A stretch of DNA of 64,000 bases from Candidatus Multivoradales bacterium. GTDB taxonomy: Bacteria > Acidobacteriota > Thermoanaerobaculia > Multivoradales > JAHEKO01. Shown here piece after piece: positions 1-10,700 of this stretch. The position numbers were made by a program, and so were the translations under genes. Location: NCBI GenBank assembly GCA_965223855.1, contig CBDCXM010000009.1:2112001-2176000 (forward strand), written 5' to 3'. The number at the start of each line of letters is the position of its first letter. The stretch's first letter is position 1. Under the pieces are notes generated by a model. The model did not search any database and was not told the origin of the DNA. It saw only the letters and a list, made by a program, of their open reading frames with translations.

Positions 1-7
1 GATCGCG

Positions 8-1115
8 ATGGCGCTCATGACTGGCTACCGTGAGGACCTGCAGGCGAAGCTGGTGCAGGGGAGCGCAGCGATGGCTGCCTACCCGCAGCGGGCGTTGACG
101 GAGGGTGAGCTTCAGCGGGCGCTCGAGACCGCTGCCACGACCCCCGGGGTGGAGGAGGCGCGCCTGGTGGCCTACGGTCAGGGCTCCCTCTCGAGCGCTG
201 CGCGGCCCGACGGCGTCGACGTTACCTACCGCGGTCTCGAAGGGGGGAGCGGGCTCGATGCGGTATGCGAGCTCAAATGGCTTCCACCGCCCGAGCGGCC
301 GTCCGGGACCGACGACGGCGCGCGGGCGCTCGAGGTCATCGTAGGCCGCCAGCTCCACGAAGAGTTGAGGCCGAACGACGGAGAGCCGCTCGAGCTGATG
401 GCGCTGCGTTTCGGCGGTGGGCGCCCGTCGTTTCGCTACGCGTCGGCGCGGGTGGTGGGGGTGTGCGAGACCGGCTTCGCCGAGTTCGACCGTCAGTGGG
501 TGCTGCTCGATCGCGCCCGCCTGGAGTCGCTGATAGGGGAGGCCGGGCTGTCGGTGATCGAAATGACGATCGAGGGGGGCCACGACCCGGAGCTCGTCGA
601 GCTCGCCCGCGGCCGGCTCGGCGACGACTTCCTCGTCTCCGACTATCTCGACCTCAATCGGGAGCTCTTCGCCGCCTTGCGGCTGCAGCAGTGGATGCTC
701 TTCCTGGTGCTCGGGCTGATCGTCTTCGTCTCGACCTTCAACACCGCCTCGAGCCTCGTCGTGCTGGTGCGCGAACGACGGCGCGATTTCGGGGTGCTCG
801 CCGCTCTCGGCCTTTCGCCGGAGGAGCAGCGGGGAGTGTTTCTTCGCTACGGCCTGCTGCTGGGGCTCTTCGGCACCCTGCTCGGCGTGCTTCTCGGTAG
901 CGGTGTCTCCTGGGCGCTCAACGAGTTCGAGCTGATCCGCTTCGATTCCGAGATGGCGGCGATCTACTTCCTCTCGGCAGTGCCGTTCCGGGTCGTAGCC
1001 CGGGATGTACTGGCCGTCGCCGCCTTCACGATGGCCGTGACCCTCCTCGCCTGCTGGCTGCCGGCGCGTCGTGCGGGGCGGCTCGATCCCATCCGAGGCG
1101 CTGCGCAGCGAGTGA
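8..1115 (+). CDS. LolC/LolE-type (FtsX-like) ABC permease, 5'-truncated, with an apparent +1 frameshift near the 3' end
   Basis: Motifs LNRELFAALRLQQWMLFLVLGLIVFVSTFN and ERRRDFGVLAALG, plus C-terminal TM helices. Removing one C at 1093/1094 gives the canonical end LDPIEALRSE* (TGA 1113-1115). As read, the ORF runs to 1189. Confidence 0.85.
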
Positions 1116-1139
1116 CCGCGTCGGGAACCGAACGAGGAG

Positions 1140-1162
1140 GGGGGCCGCTCGTCGCGGCCCCC
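1140..1162 (+). terminator. GC-rich hairpin after lolC/E
   Basis: gggggccgc-tcgtc-gcggccccc, 9-bp stem about 25 nt after the corrected stop; no U-tract. Confidence 0.4.
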
Positions 1163-1325
1163 CGGTTGCGGTCGGTCACCGCTCGGTGAGAGCGGCGGTG
1201 GGAAAGGGGACTGGCGAAGCCGAAGCTTCGTGGTGGAGCCCGGAACACCCCCCACGAATGTGGGCGGGCCGGCCCCGGAGGGAGGTCGGCAGCGCCGACC
1301 GGATTCAGATATACATACGCTGGGG

Positions 1326-1538
1326 ATGAGAGAACGGTTTCGCGGGACGGAGGGCGGCGCTTCGCTGGCGCGTTTCGAGGCCAGTCTGGGCTGCTGTGCG
1401 CGCTGCCGGCACCGTGAATGGGTGCGCGGCCGCGACAGGTCCTACGTGCGATGCGCCGCCTCGCGGACCGACCCGCGCCTGGCGCGCTACCCGCACCTGC
1501 CGACCTTCGACTGCCACGGTTTCGAGACCGGGGAGTGA
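1326..1538 (+). CDS. Small Cys-rich hypothetical protein (70 aa)
   Basis: CARC..C..DPRLARYPHLPTFDCHGFE; ends 4 nt before the next start codon. Confidence 0.65.
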   Translation: MRERFRGTEGGASLARFEASLGCCARCRHREWVRGRDRSYVRCAASRTDPRLARYPHLPTFDCHGFETGE

Positions 1539-1542
1539 CGGC

Positions 1543-2733
1543 GTGCCGATTCCGACTCCCTTCCACGAGCGACTCGCCCCTCTGTGCCACAGCTACCGCT
1601 GGAAGGACTGGGCGGGTCGGCTCGCGGTCTGCTCGTTCGATCACGGGGCGGAGCCCGAGTACACGGCCATCCGTCACGCGGCGGCGGCGATCGACGTCAG
1701 CCCGCTGTACAAGTACGAGGTGAGAGGCCGCCAGGCGGCCGAGCTGCTGGCTCAGGTGATGACCCGGGACGTGCGCAAGCTGGCGGTCGGCCGGGTGACC
1801 TACTGCTGCTGGTGCGACGACGCCGGCAAGGTGGTCGATGACGGCACGGTGACCCGCTGGGGGCGACGGCGCTTCCGGGTCACGGCGGCCGAGCCGAGTC
1901 TGCGGTGGTTCAGGACTGCGGCGGCGGGGCTCGAGGTCGAGATCGACGACATCAGCGAATCGGTCGCCGCTCTCGCCGTGCAGGGACCGAGATCGCGCGA
2001 TCTGCTCGTCGACTGCCTCGGAGACGGTGTCGCCGAGCTGCGCTTCTTCCGTGCGGTCGAGATCGAGAGCCTCGGGTTCCCGGTGGGGGTGACCCGCACC
2101 GGCTACACGGGAGACCTCGGGTACGAGTTGTGGGTCGAGGCGGACCGGGCGCTCGAGTTGTGGGATGCACTGGCGGCTCACGGCTCCCGTCACGGCTTCA
2201 CCCCGGCCGGGCTCGACGCCCTCGACATGTCGCGCATCGAGGCGGGCTTCATCATGCTCGATGTCGACTACTACAGCGCACCGCGCGTCGTCCTCGAGTC
2301 GCGCAAGTCGTCGCCGTGGGAGCTCGGCCTCGGCTGGACCGTCGATCTCGACCGCGACCCGTTCGTCGGCCAGGCGGCGCTGGCGGCGGAGAAGGAGCGC
2401 GGTCCGGCCTGGAGCTTCGTCGGGCTCCTTGCCGACTACGGCGATCTCGAGCGGCTCTACGATCGCCACGGGCTTCCGGCCTCGCTGCCGGCCGGCGCGA
2501 GCCGTGATCCGATTCCGGTCTTCGACGGCAACCGTCAGGTCGGTCGGGCGACCAGCCACCTGTGGTCGCCGACCCTCAAGCAGCAGATCGCGCTCGCGTC
2601 GGTCGAGTCCGGTTCCGCCGCCGTCGGCTCGGTGCTCGGGATCGAGCACACCGTCGAGTTCGAGCGCGATCGGGTGCGAGCGACCGTCGTCGAGACCCCG
2701 TTCTTCGACCCGCCGAGGAAGCGCAAGCCGTGA
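1543..2733 (+). CDS. Aminomethyltransferase (GcvT/DmdA-like, folate-binding) family protein
   Basis: TPFH start, DVSPLYKYEVRG, GKVVDDGTV, TRTGYTGDLGYELW, RIEAG, C-terminal PFFDP; GTG start at 1543. Confidence 0.92.
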   Translation: MPIPTPFHERLAPLCHSYRWKDWAGRLAVCSFDHGAEPEYTAIRHAAAAIDVSPLYKYEVRGRQAAELLAQVMTRDVRKLAVGRVTYCCWCDDAGKVVDDGTVTRWGRRRFRVTAAEPSLRWFRTAAAGLEVEIDDISESVAALAVQGPRSRDLLVDCLGDGVAELRFFRAVEIESLGFPVGVTRTGYTGDLGYELWVEADRALELWDALAAHGSRHGFTPAGLDALDMSRIEAGFIMLDVDYYSAPRVVLESRKSSPWELGLGWTVDLDRDPFVGQAALAAEKERGPAWSFVGLLADYGDLERLYDRHGLPASLPAGASRDPIPVFDGNRQVGRATSHLWSPTLKQQIALASVESGSAAVGSVLGIEHTVEFERDRVRATVVETPFFDPPRKRKP

Positions 2734-4325
2734 GCGAGCGGTGGGACGCGATCGTCGTCGGCGCCGGTCACAACGGCTTGACCTGCGCCGCCTATCTCGC
2801 GCGAGCCGGGCGCAAGGTGCTGGTGCTCGAGAGACGGGAGATTCTCGGCGGCGCGACCGTCAGCGAGGAGGTCTTCCCGGGATTCACGTTCTCGGCATGC
2901 TCCTACGTCGTCAGCCTGCTGCGGCCCTGGATCATGCGCGATCTCGAACTGCCGCGCCGGGGGCTGGAGATCCTGCCGCTGGAGGCGACCTTCACCCCGT
3001 TCCCCGACGGCAGCTACCTGCTGCGCGACGGCGACCCCGAGCGCACCCGCCGGCGGATCGCCCGTTTCTCGCCCCACGATGCCGAGGTCTATCCGGAGTT
3101 CGGGCGGGTGATGGGAGAGCTCGGGAGGCTCGTCAAGCCGATCATCGACCGCCCGGCGCCCGACCCGACGACGCTCGATCCGAGAGAGCTGTGGGATCTG
3201 GGCGCGCTCGGCAAGGGGCTGGTCGATCGCGGCTACGACTGGCTGGCCGCCGAGTACAAGATGCTCACCTCGAGCGCCGTCGATCTGCTTTCCGAATGGT
3301 TCGAGTCGGAGGCGTTGATCGCGCCGATGTCGGTGAGCGGCATTATCGGTACGTTCCTCGGCGTGCGCTCGCCCGGTACCGCCTACGTGCTGCTGCACCA
3401 CTACATGGGCGAGATCGACGGGGCGTTCCGGGCCTGGGGGCTGGCGAAGGGGGGGACGGGAGCCGTGGCGGCGGCGATCGCCGACGCCGCACGTGAGCAC
3501 GGGGTCGAGATCCGGCCGTCGGCGCCGGTGGAGAGGGTGATCGTCGAGCGGGATCGAGCGGTCGGCGTGGTACTCGAGAACGGCGACGAGCTGCGGGCGA
3601 AGGAGGTCGTCTCGGGCCTCGACCCCCGTCGCACCTTCCTCGGCCTCGTCGGCGAGGAGCATCTGGAGGACGACTTCGCCCGCCAGATCGGCCGCTTCAA
3701 GCTCCGCGGCAGCTCCGGCAAGGTCAATCTCGCCCTCGATGCGCTTCCCGAGTTCGGCTGTCTGCCCGGCGACGGCGTGCACCTGCGTGGCGACATCACG
3801 ATCGCGCCGAGCGTCGACTATCTCGAACGGGCCTACGACGACGCCAAGTACGGGCGCTTCTCGCGCCGGCCGTTCATGGACATCGTCATCCCTTCACTCA
3901 CCGACCCGAGCGTGGCGCCGCCCGGCAAGCACGTGATGTCGATCTTCGTTCAGTACGCCCCCTATCATCTCGCCGAAGGTGCCGACGCCTGGCCGGCGCG
4001 GCGGGAGGAGTTCGGCGACACGGTCATCGCCACCCTCGCCGAGTACATGCCGGGGCTCGAAGATCGCATCCTCCACCGCCAGGTGCTGACGCCGTGGGAC
4101 CTCGAACAGACGTACGGCCTCTCGGAGGGCAACATCTTCCACGGCGAGTTGAGCCTCGAGCAGCTCGCCTTCCAGCGACCGGCGGCGGGCTGGGCGCACT
4201 ATCGCACCCCGGTCGACGGACTGTGGCTGTGCGCCTCGGGAGCTCATCCCGGTGGCGGCATCATGGGCGCTCCCGGCGCGTTGTGCGCGCGCGCGATTCT
4301 CGGGCAGCGGGGAGCCGCGGGATGA
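2730..4325 (+). CDS. Phytoene desaturase/PYROXD2-like FAD-dependent oxidoreductase
   Basis: DAIVVGAGHNGLTCAAYLA...VLERR..LGGA, GNIFHGEL, GAHPGGGIMGAPG; GTGA overlap with the upstream stop. Confidence 0.93.
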   Translation: MSERWDAIVVGAGHNGLTCAAYLARAGRKVLVLERREILGGATVSEEVFPGFTFSACSYVVSLLRPWIMRDLELPRRGLEILPLEATFTPFPDGSYLLRDGDPERTRRRIARFSPHDAEVYPEFGRVMGELGRLVKPIIDRPAPDPTTLDPRELWDLGALGKGLVDRGYDWLAAEYKMLTSSAVDLLSEWFESEALIAPMSVSGIIGTFLGVRSPGTAYVLLHHYMGEIDGAFRAWGLAKGGTGAVAAAIADAAREHGVEIRPSAPVERVIVERDRAVGVVLENGDELRAKEVVSGLDPRRTFLGLVGEEHLEDDFARQIGRFKLRGSSGKVNLALDALPEFGCLPGDGVHLRGDITIAPSVDYLERAYDDAKYGRFSRRPFMDIVIPSLTDPSVAPPGKHVMSIFVQYAPYHLAEGADAWPARREEFGDTVIATLAEYMPGLEDRILHRQVLTPWDLEQTYGLSEGNIFHGELSLEQLAFQRPAAGWAHYRTPVDGLWLCASGAHPGGGIMGAPGALCARAILGQRGAAG

Positions 4326-5842
4326 GCGCCACGGCGGTCGTCATCGGCGGTGGGGCGAACGGTCTCGTCGCGGCCTGGAGGCTGGCCTCCGAGGGACGAC
4401 GTGTCGTCGTCTGCGAGCGGCGGGACCGGCTCGGAGGCCTCGCCGCGATCGACGAGTTCCATCCCGACTTTCACGCTCCGGGTGTGCTCGAAGACACGAC
4501 CGGCTTCCGGCCCTGGATTGCCGAGGCGATGGACCTCGAAGCGGTCGGCTGGCGCGGGCGCCGGCCGTCGGCGATCACCGTGGCGTCACCGGACGGGGTC
4601 TTCGCCCGCTGGCAGGGCGAGGAGCGCAGCGGGGCCGCGGCGAGCGAGGCGGAGGCGTTCGAGGCGCACTCGCGATTCGTTCGCGAGGTGGCACCGGCGG
4701 TGACGCGGCTGCTCGATCGCCCGCCGCCACGCCTCGATGTCGACGGTGTCGCCTCGGCGCTCGCGCTGGCGCGCGACGGCTGGGCGCTGCGCCGTCTCGG
4801 AAGGGAGACCCTCACCGAGCTCCTGCGGGTCGGCCCGATGCCGGCAGCCGACTGGCTGCGCGAGCGCTTCGCCTCCGAGCGACTGATCGAAGCGTTGATC
4901 GCTCCGGCGGTCCTCGGCACCTGGCTCGGTCCCCACTCGGCGGGGAGCGCTGCGAACCTGCTGGCGCTCGAGACGAGGGCCGGTGCCGAGACCGTAGGCG
5001 GTGCCTCGGCGCTCGTCGAGGCGCTCGAGACCGCCTGCCGCCGCAAGGGAGTCGAGTTCGAGCTCAGCGCAGCGGCCTCGCGTCTGAGGCTCGATGGGCG
5101 CTCGGTTCGAGCCGTCGAGATGGAGAGCGGCGACCCGATCGACTGCGACACCGTCGTCGCGACCTGTGATCCGCGACGCGCCTACGCCCTCGCTCCACCC
5201 GGTGCCCTGCCGCTGAAGGCGCGTGAGCGGATCGCCAACTGGCGCTGCCGCGGAACCCTCGCGAAGGTGCGACTGGCGCTCGACGACCGTTTCGAGATCG
5301 ACGGCCACGCGGCTTCGATCGTGCGGATCGGCACCGGTACCATCGACGGTCTCGAGCAGGCGTTCGACGCCGTCAAGTATCGCCGCCTCCCGGACGTGCC
5401 CTTTCTCGAAGTACGCCAGCCGTCGCTCGAAAACCCCGACCTGGCGCCCGGCGGAGGGCACGTGCTGTCGGTCGCCGTCGGCTTCGCACCGCTCGATCTG
5501 GAGGGTGGGTGGACCGACGAAGCGAAGGCGACGCTTCTTCGCACCACCGTGGATCGTCTGGAGCAGGTGTCGCCCGGAGCGTCGAAGCGGATCGTCGGCA
5601 GCGAAGTGCTGACACCGATCGACATCGAACGCCGCTACGGCGCGACCGGTGGCCAGCAGCACCACGGTGAGCACGCCCTCGACCAGCTGCTCTTCCTGCG
5701 CCCCGGCCACCGCCTCGCCCACTACGCCACGCCGATCGACGGCTACTTCCTCGCCGGGAGCGGAGCGCATCCCGGCGGTGGCCTGACCGGGGTCCCCGGG
5801 TGGCTGGGAGCCGGTGTGGCTCTGGAGGCGGACTCGGGTTAG
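4322..5842 (+). CDS. Second phytoene desaturase/PYROXD2-like FAD-dependent oxidoreductase
   Basis: VVIGGGANGLVAA, GGQQHHGEHALDQL, GSGAHPGGGLTGVPG; ATGA overlap. Confidence 0.9.
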   Translation: MSATAVVIGGGANGLVAAWRLASEGRRVVVCERRDRLGGLAAIDEFHPDFHAPGVLEDTTGFRPWIAEAMDLEAVGWRGRRPSAITVASPDGVFARWQGEERSGAAASEAEAFEAHSRFVREVAPAVTRLLDRPPPRLDVDGVASALALARDGWALRRLGRETLTELLRVGPMPAADWLRERFASERLIEALIAPAVLGTWLGPHSAGSAANLLALETRAGAETVGGASALVEALETACRRKGVEFELSAAASRLRLDGRSVRAVEMESGDPIDCDTVVATCDPRRAYALAPPGALPLKARERIANWRCRGTLAKVRLALDDRFEIDGHAASIVRIGTGTIDGLEQAFDAVKYRRLPDVPFLEVRQPSLENPDLAPGGGHVLSVAVGFAPLDLEGGWTDEAKATLLRTTVDRLEQVSPGASKRIVGSEVLTPIDIERRYGATGGQQHHGEHALDQLLFLRPGHRLAHYATPIDGYFLAGSGAHPGGGLTGVPGWLGAGVALEADSG

Positions 5843-6181
5843 GGGGCACTGCGCGGCGCTCGGTCGAAAGGTTCCGACCGCCTCGACAGGCTTTCCGGGA
5901 GTGCAACCGGGAGGTCCGCAGACGGGGAACCTGGGCCAGGCTTTGCCTGAGCCTTCCGCGTAGGCCTCCCGACCTGGGACGAAGAGCCGGTCCTCGAGAG
6001 TAAATCGTTCCCGACTGGTGCGCTCACCCCGGTTCGACACCAGCCAAGGTGGGTCCGGTTTTCCACCTGCCGCTCACACACTCCGGCAGACCTGGAAGTC
6101 CTCTCGGAAAGAGCTCGCGAAACGGCTCGAGGTGCTTCTGCCATCGACCGTTCGGTCTCTTCAGAGATTCGCCCGGTCATT

Positions 6182-6203
6182 CCGGGCCGGCGTTTCGGCC
6201 CGG
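6182..6203 (-). terminator. Hairpin after the roadblock-like gene
   Basis: ccgggccg-gcgttt-cggcccgg, 13 nt past the stop at 6217. Confidence 0.4.
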
Positions 6204-6216
6204 CTGCGTCCGCAGA

Positions 6217-6864
6217 TCAATCCCCTTCGTAGCGGAACACCCGCCTCAGCGCACTCGAGAGCTCCTGGCGCACCCCGGGCGACGGTGACCGGCGGCCGAC
6301 CTGCCCGACGAGGTACCTGCCGATCGGGGTGTCGACGGAGACCAGGCTCAGAAGCTTCTCCTCGAGCTCGATCTCTACCAGCGAACCGAGCGGCACGAGC
6401 AGCTTGCCGTTGATGGTCTCGATGAGTTGGAGAACGCTCGCGGCGATGGCGAGGAGGCTCGGAGAGACCGAGCGATCGATCAGCGGCAGGCCGTCGGAGT
6501 CGACGACGAAGGCCGCCTCGGCGCCGGCGCTCTCGGTGAGCCAGCCGAGGAAACTGTCGAGGCGGCTCCTCAGCGGTCCCGCCGACGGCACGAACTCGGG
6601 AACGTCCTCCTCAGCTCCGGAGCCTTCACCACGGGAGCCTTCACCGCCGGAGCCGTCCGGCTCCGGTTCTTCCTCGACCTCGACCGCTACGACAGGCGAG
6701 GGTGCGGCGTCGACGATCTCGACCGGCGAGGCGTCGTCCGGCTCGCTCTCGATCTCGACAGGTGGTCGGACGACGGCGATCGCCTGCCGCGGACGGGGCA
6801 TCCCCATCCGGGCGAGCGTCGTCGCGAGGCCGGCGGGGTCAATCCAGGAGATGGACGACGTCAT
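6217..6864 (-). CDS. Roadblock/LC7 (MglB-like) domain protein with an acidic Pro/Glu-rich N-terminal linker
   Basis: C-terminal ~110 aa LDSFLGWLTESAGAEAAFVVDSDGLPL fits the roadblock helix-beta-DG pattern. Confidence 0.6.
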   Translation of the reverse strand: MTSSISWIDPAGLATTLARMGMPRPRQAIAVVRPPVEIESEPDDASPVEIVDAAPSPVVAVEVEEEPEPDGSGGEGSRGEGSGAEEDVPEFVPSAGPLRSRLDSFLGWLTESAGAEAAFVVDSDGLPLIDRSVSPSLLAIAASVLQLIETINGKLLVPLGSLVEIELEEKLLSLVSVDTPIGRYLVGQVGRRSPSPGVRQELSSALRRVFRYEGD

Positions 6865-7633
6865 CGTCTTTGTCGCTCACGAGCCCGATGCGCTCCTCGA
6901 GTTCCGCCGCCAGCCCGTCGAACACGGATGCCACCGACGGCGGCCGCCGCCGGCTCAAGAGGCTCACCGGCACTCCGTGGGCGCTCGCCTTCAGGAACGC
7001 CGGGTCGCGTGGCAGGAACGCCTCGAAGACGAGAGAGGAGGGGAGGAGGTTCCACACCTCCTGCACCGTCTCGAGGGAAATCTCGTCGCGCGACTGGACC
7101 ATCGTCAGCACCAGGCCGGCGAACTCGAGGCCGGTCTGGTCGTGCACCTCGGCGATCGTCTCGAGGACCCCCTGCAGGGTGCGCACCGAGAGCGGCTCGG
7201 CCTGCATCGGCAGGAGGGCGTAGTCCGCCGTCCGCAGGACGTTGCGGGTACGGCCCTCGAGGCCGGACGCGGTGTCGACGATCATGACGTCGAAGTGCCG
7301 CGAGGCGCGGTCGATCAGGTTCCCGAAGACCGGCTCTGCGATCTCGGCGCCGGAGGGACGGTGGTCGCGGATTCCGCCGACCGGCAGGAAGGCGAGCTCC
7401 TTGATCTTGGTCGGCAGGATGACGTCGCGCAGCGTCCGCTGCCCCTTGGCGTATTCGGTGAGCCCGTGTGCCACCTTGAGTTCGCGCTTGAGGGAGAGGG
7501 AGATCGCACCCTGCGGGTCGGCATCGACGACCAGCGTTCGCCACCCCCTGCGGGCGAGGGCGAGGCTGGTATTGAGCGCCACGGTCGTCTTTCCCACGCC
7601 ACCCTTCTGACTGACGACGCCGACGGTCTTCAC
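6839..7633 (-). CDS. ParA/Soj family ATPase
   Basis: Deviant Walker [17 protein letters not shown], Walker B MIVDT. Confidence 0.93.
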   Translation of the reverse strand: MKTVGVVSQKGGVGKTTVALNTSLALARRGWRTLVVDADPQGAISLSLKRELKVAHGLTEYAKGQRTLRDVILPTKIKELAFLPVGGIRDHRPSGAEIAEPVFGNLIDRASRHFDVMIVDTASGLEGRTRNVLRTADYALLPMQAEPLSVRTLQGVLETIAEVHDQTGLEFAGLVLTMVQSRDEISLETVQEVWNLLPSSLVFEAFLPRDPAFLKASAHGVPVSLLSRRRPPSVASVFDGLAAELEERIGLVSDKDDDVVHLLD

Positions 7634-7731
7634 GTTCCCTCCCAGGCGCTTCGGCCCTGCATCCGTTTCGCGGTTCCCTTGCCCGGCAGTGTATACGAAC
7701 GATCCCGCGCTTCGGGTTAGACTCCCCGCCG

Positions 7732-10700
7732 ATGCCTCGCCGCTCCGACCTCGATTCGATCCTCGTCGTCGGTTCCGGGCCGATCGTCATCGGACAGGCG
7801 TGCGAGTTCGACTACTCCGGCACCCAGGCGTGCCGGGTGCTGCGCCGCGAGGGGTACCGGGTGGTGCTGGTCAACTCCAACCCGGCGACGATCATGACCG
7901 ACCCGCAGTTCGCGGATGCGACCTACGTCGAGCCGCTGGTGCCCGAGGTCGTCGAGCGGATCCTCGAACGGGAGCGTCCGGATGCCCTGCTGCCGACGGT
8001 CGGCGGACAGACCGGGATCAACCTGACGCTGGCACTGTCCGACTCCGGTGTGCTCGAGCGCCTCGGTGTCGAGGTGCTCGGGGCGAACATCGGCGCGCTC
8101 AGGCTGGGGGAGGACCGACTGCTCTTCAAGGAAGCGATGGAGGAGATCGGGCTCGCCGTCCCCGCCAGCGGCTACGCCGGCTCGCTCGACGAGGCGCGCG
8201 AGATCGCGGCCCGGATCGGCTACCCGCTCATCATCCGGCCGAGCTTCACCCTCGGCGGGGAAGGGGGCGGAACGGTCTACAACCGTGACGAGCTGGACGA
8301 CATGGTGGCGACGGCGCTCGATGCCAGCCCGACTCGCCAGGTGCTGCTCGAGCAGTCGGTTCTCGGCTGGAAGGAGTTCGAGCTCGAGGTGATCCGCGAC
8401 CGTGCGGACAACGCGATCGTCGTCTGCTCGGTGGAGAACGTCGACGCGATGGGGGTGCACACCGGCGACTCGATCACCGTGGCACCGCAACAGACGCTCT
8501 CCGATCGTGAGTACCAGGAGATGCGGACGGAGGCGTTCGCCGTCATCCGGCGGGTCGGTGTCGCGACCGGCGGTTCGAACATCCAGTTCGCCGTCGATCC
8601 GGCGACCGGCGACCGGGTGGTGATCGAGATGAACCCGCGGGTGTCGCGCTCCTCGGCGCTGGCCTCGAAGGCGACCGGCTTCCCGATCGCCAAGATCGCC
8701 GCCCTGCTGGCGGTCGGCTACACCCTCGACGAGATCGAGAACGACATCACCGGCGAGACCTACGCCGCCTTCGAGCCGGCGCTCGACTACACCGTCGTCA
8801 AGGTGCCGCGCTGGGCGTTCGAGAAGTTCCCGGCGACGACCCCGGTCCTCGGGACGTCGATGAAGTCGGTCGGCGAGGTGATGGCGATCGGGGCGACCTT
8901 CCGCGAGGCGTTGATGAAGGCGCTGGCGTCCCTCGAGCTCGACGGCACGCTGGCGTCGCGCGAGAGCCGGATGGCCGACCCGGTGCGGCTGCGGCGGCGG
9001 CTTTCGACCCCCAACTGGGAGCGTCTGTTCGCGGTCTTCGCGGCGCTGCGCCAGGGGTGGACGGTCGAGGAGGTCTACGAGGCGAGCCACATCGACCCGT
9101 GGTTCCTGCGCGAGATCGCCGCGATCCTGGAAGTGGAGGGGGAGCTCGGCTGCTGGAATCTCGAGAGCGTGCCCGTCGAGCTGGTCGAGCGCGGGCGGCA
9201 CGCCGGGCTCTCGGGAGCGCGGATCGCGCAGCTGCTCGACTGTTCGCTGGAGGCGTTCCGTGCCCGCGAGCGTGAGTGGGGCATCCGGCGGGTCTACAAA
9301 CGGGTCGATACCTGCGCCGCCGAGTTCCCCGCTCGCACTCCCTACTTCTACTCGACCTACGGCGACGAGGACGAGGCCGAAGTCACCGACCGGCGCAAGG
9401 TCGTCATCCTCGGCTCCGGCCCCAACCGGGTCGGTCAGGGGATCGAGTTCGACTACTGCTGCGTGCACGCCGCCTACGCGCTTTCGGACGCCGGTCTCGA
9501 GACCGTGATGGTCAACTGCAACCCGGAGACGGTGTCGACCGACTACGACACCTCCGACCGTCTCTATTTCGAGCCGTTGACCCTCGAATCGGTGCTCGAG
9601 ATCTGCGAGCGGGAGCGTCCCGAGGGGGTGATCGTCCAGCTCGGCGGACAGACGCCGCTGAAGCTCGCGCACGGCCTCGAAGCGGCGGGCGTGCCGATCC
9701 TCGGCACGCCGCCCGACGCGATCGACCTGGCCGAGGATCGCGAGCGCTTCGGTGCGCTTCTCGCCGAGCACGGCATCCGTCAGCCGGAGAACGGCATCGC
9801 GCGCACCGAGGACGAGGGGGTGGCGGCGGCTCGGGAGATCGGCTATCCGGTGCTGGTGCGCCCGAGCTACGTCCTCGGCGGCCGCGCGATGGCGGTCTGC
9901 TACGACGACGACAGTCTCGCCGACTACATGCGCCAGGCGGCCGAGGTGTCTCCCGGCCAGCCGGTGCTGCTCGACCGCTTTCTCGACGACGCTTTCGAGC
10001 TCGACCTCGACCTGCTGGCCGACGGCGAGCGGGCGGTGGTCGCGGGCGTGATGCAGCACATCGAGGAAGCGGGCATCCACTCCGGCGACTCGGCGGCGGT
10101 GCTGCCGCCGCATGCGGTCGACGACGAGCGGGTCGACGAGATGCGCGGGATCGCACGCGAGCTGGCGCTCGCTTTGGGTGTCAAGGGTCTGATGAACGTG
10201 CAGTTCGCCCTTCACGAAGGGGAGGTCTACGTTCTCGAGGTCAACCCGAGGGCGTCGCGGACGGTGCCGTTCATCGCCAAGGCGGTCGGTATCCCGCTGG
10301 TCGGGCTGGCCGCCCGGGTGATGGCCGGGGCGACCCTGGAGGAGCTCGGCTTCGTCGAGGAGCCCCCGGTGCCGGGCGTCTTCGTCAAGGCTCCGGTCTT
10401 CCCGTTCCGCCGCTTCCCGGGTGTCGATCCGCTGCTCGGCCCGGAGATGAAGTCGACCGGCGAGGTGATGGGGGTCAGCCAGGACCTCGGTCAGGCGTTC
10501 GCCAAGGCGTGGTTCGGCGCCGGGCACGACCTGCCGACGTCCGGCGTCGCCTTCCTGTCCGTCAACGATCGCGACAAGCCCGCCCTCGAGCCGATCGCCC
10601 GCGACCTCGAGGATCTCGGCTTTCACCTGACCGCCACGGCGGGGACCGCCGCCTCCCTGGGTCTGGCGGGGCTCGAGGTCGAGGTCGTCCCCAAGGTGAT

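Noticed and set aside
1116-1325. Glycine riboswitch upstream of the GcvT-like gene
   Set aside because: The GGAGA...CCGAAG...CUCUCAGG tandem aptamer pattern is absent; only generic hairpins
5843-6216. tmRNA, RNase P, SRP or a MITE (9-bp repeat gtccgcaga at 5914 and 6208)
   Set aside because: No hallmark motifs or tRNA-like ends, no terminal inverted repeats, and a 9-bp match can arise by chance
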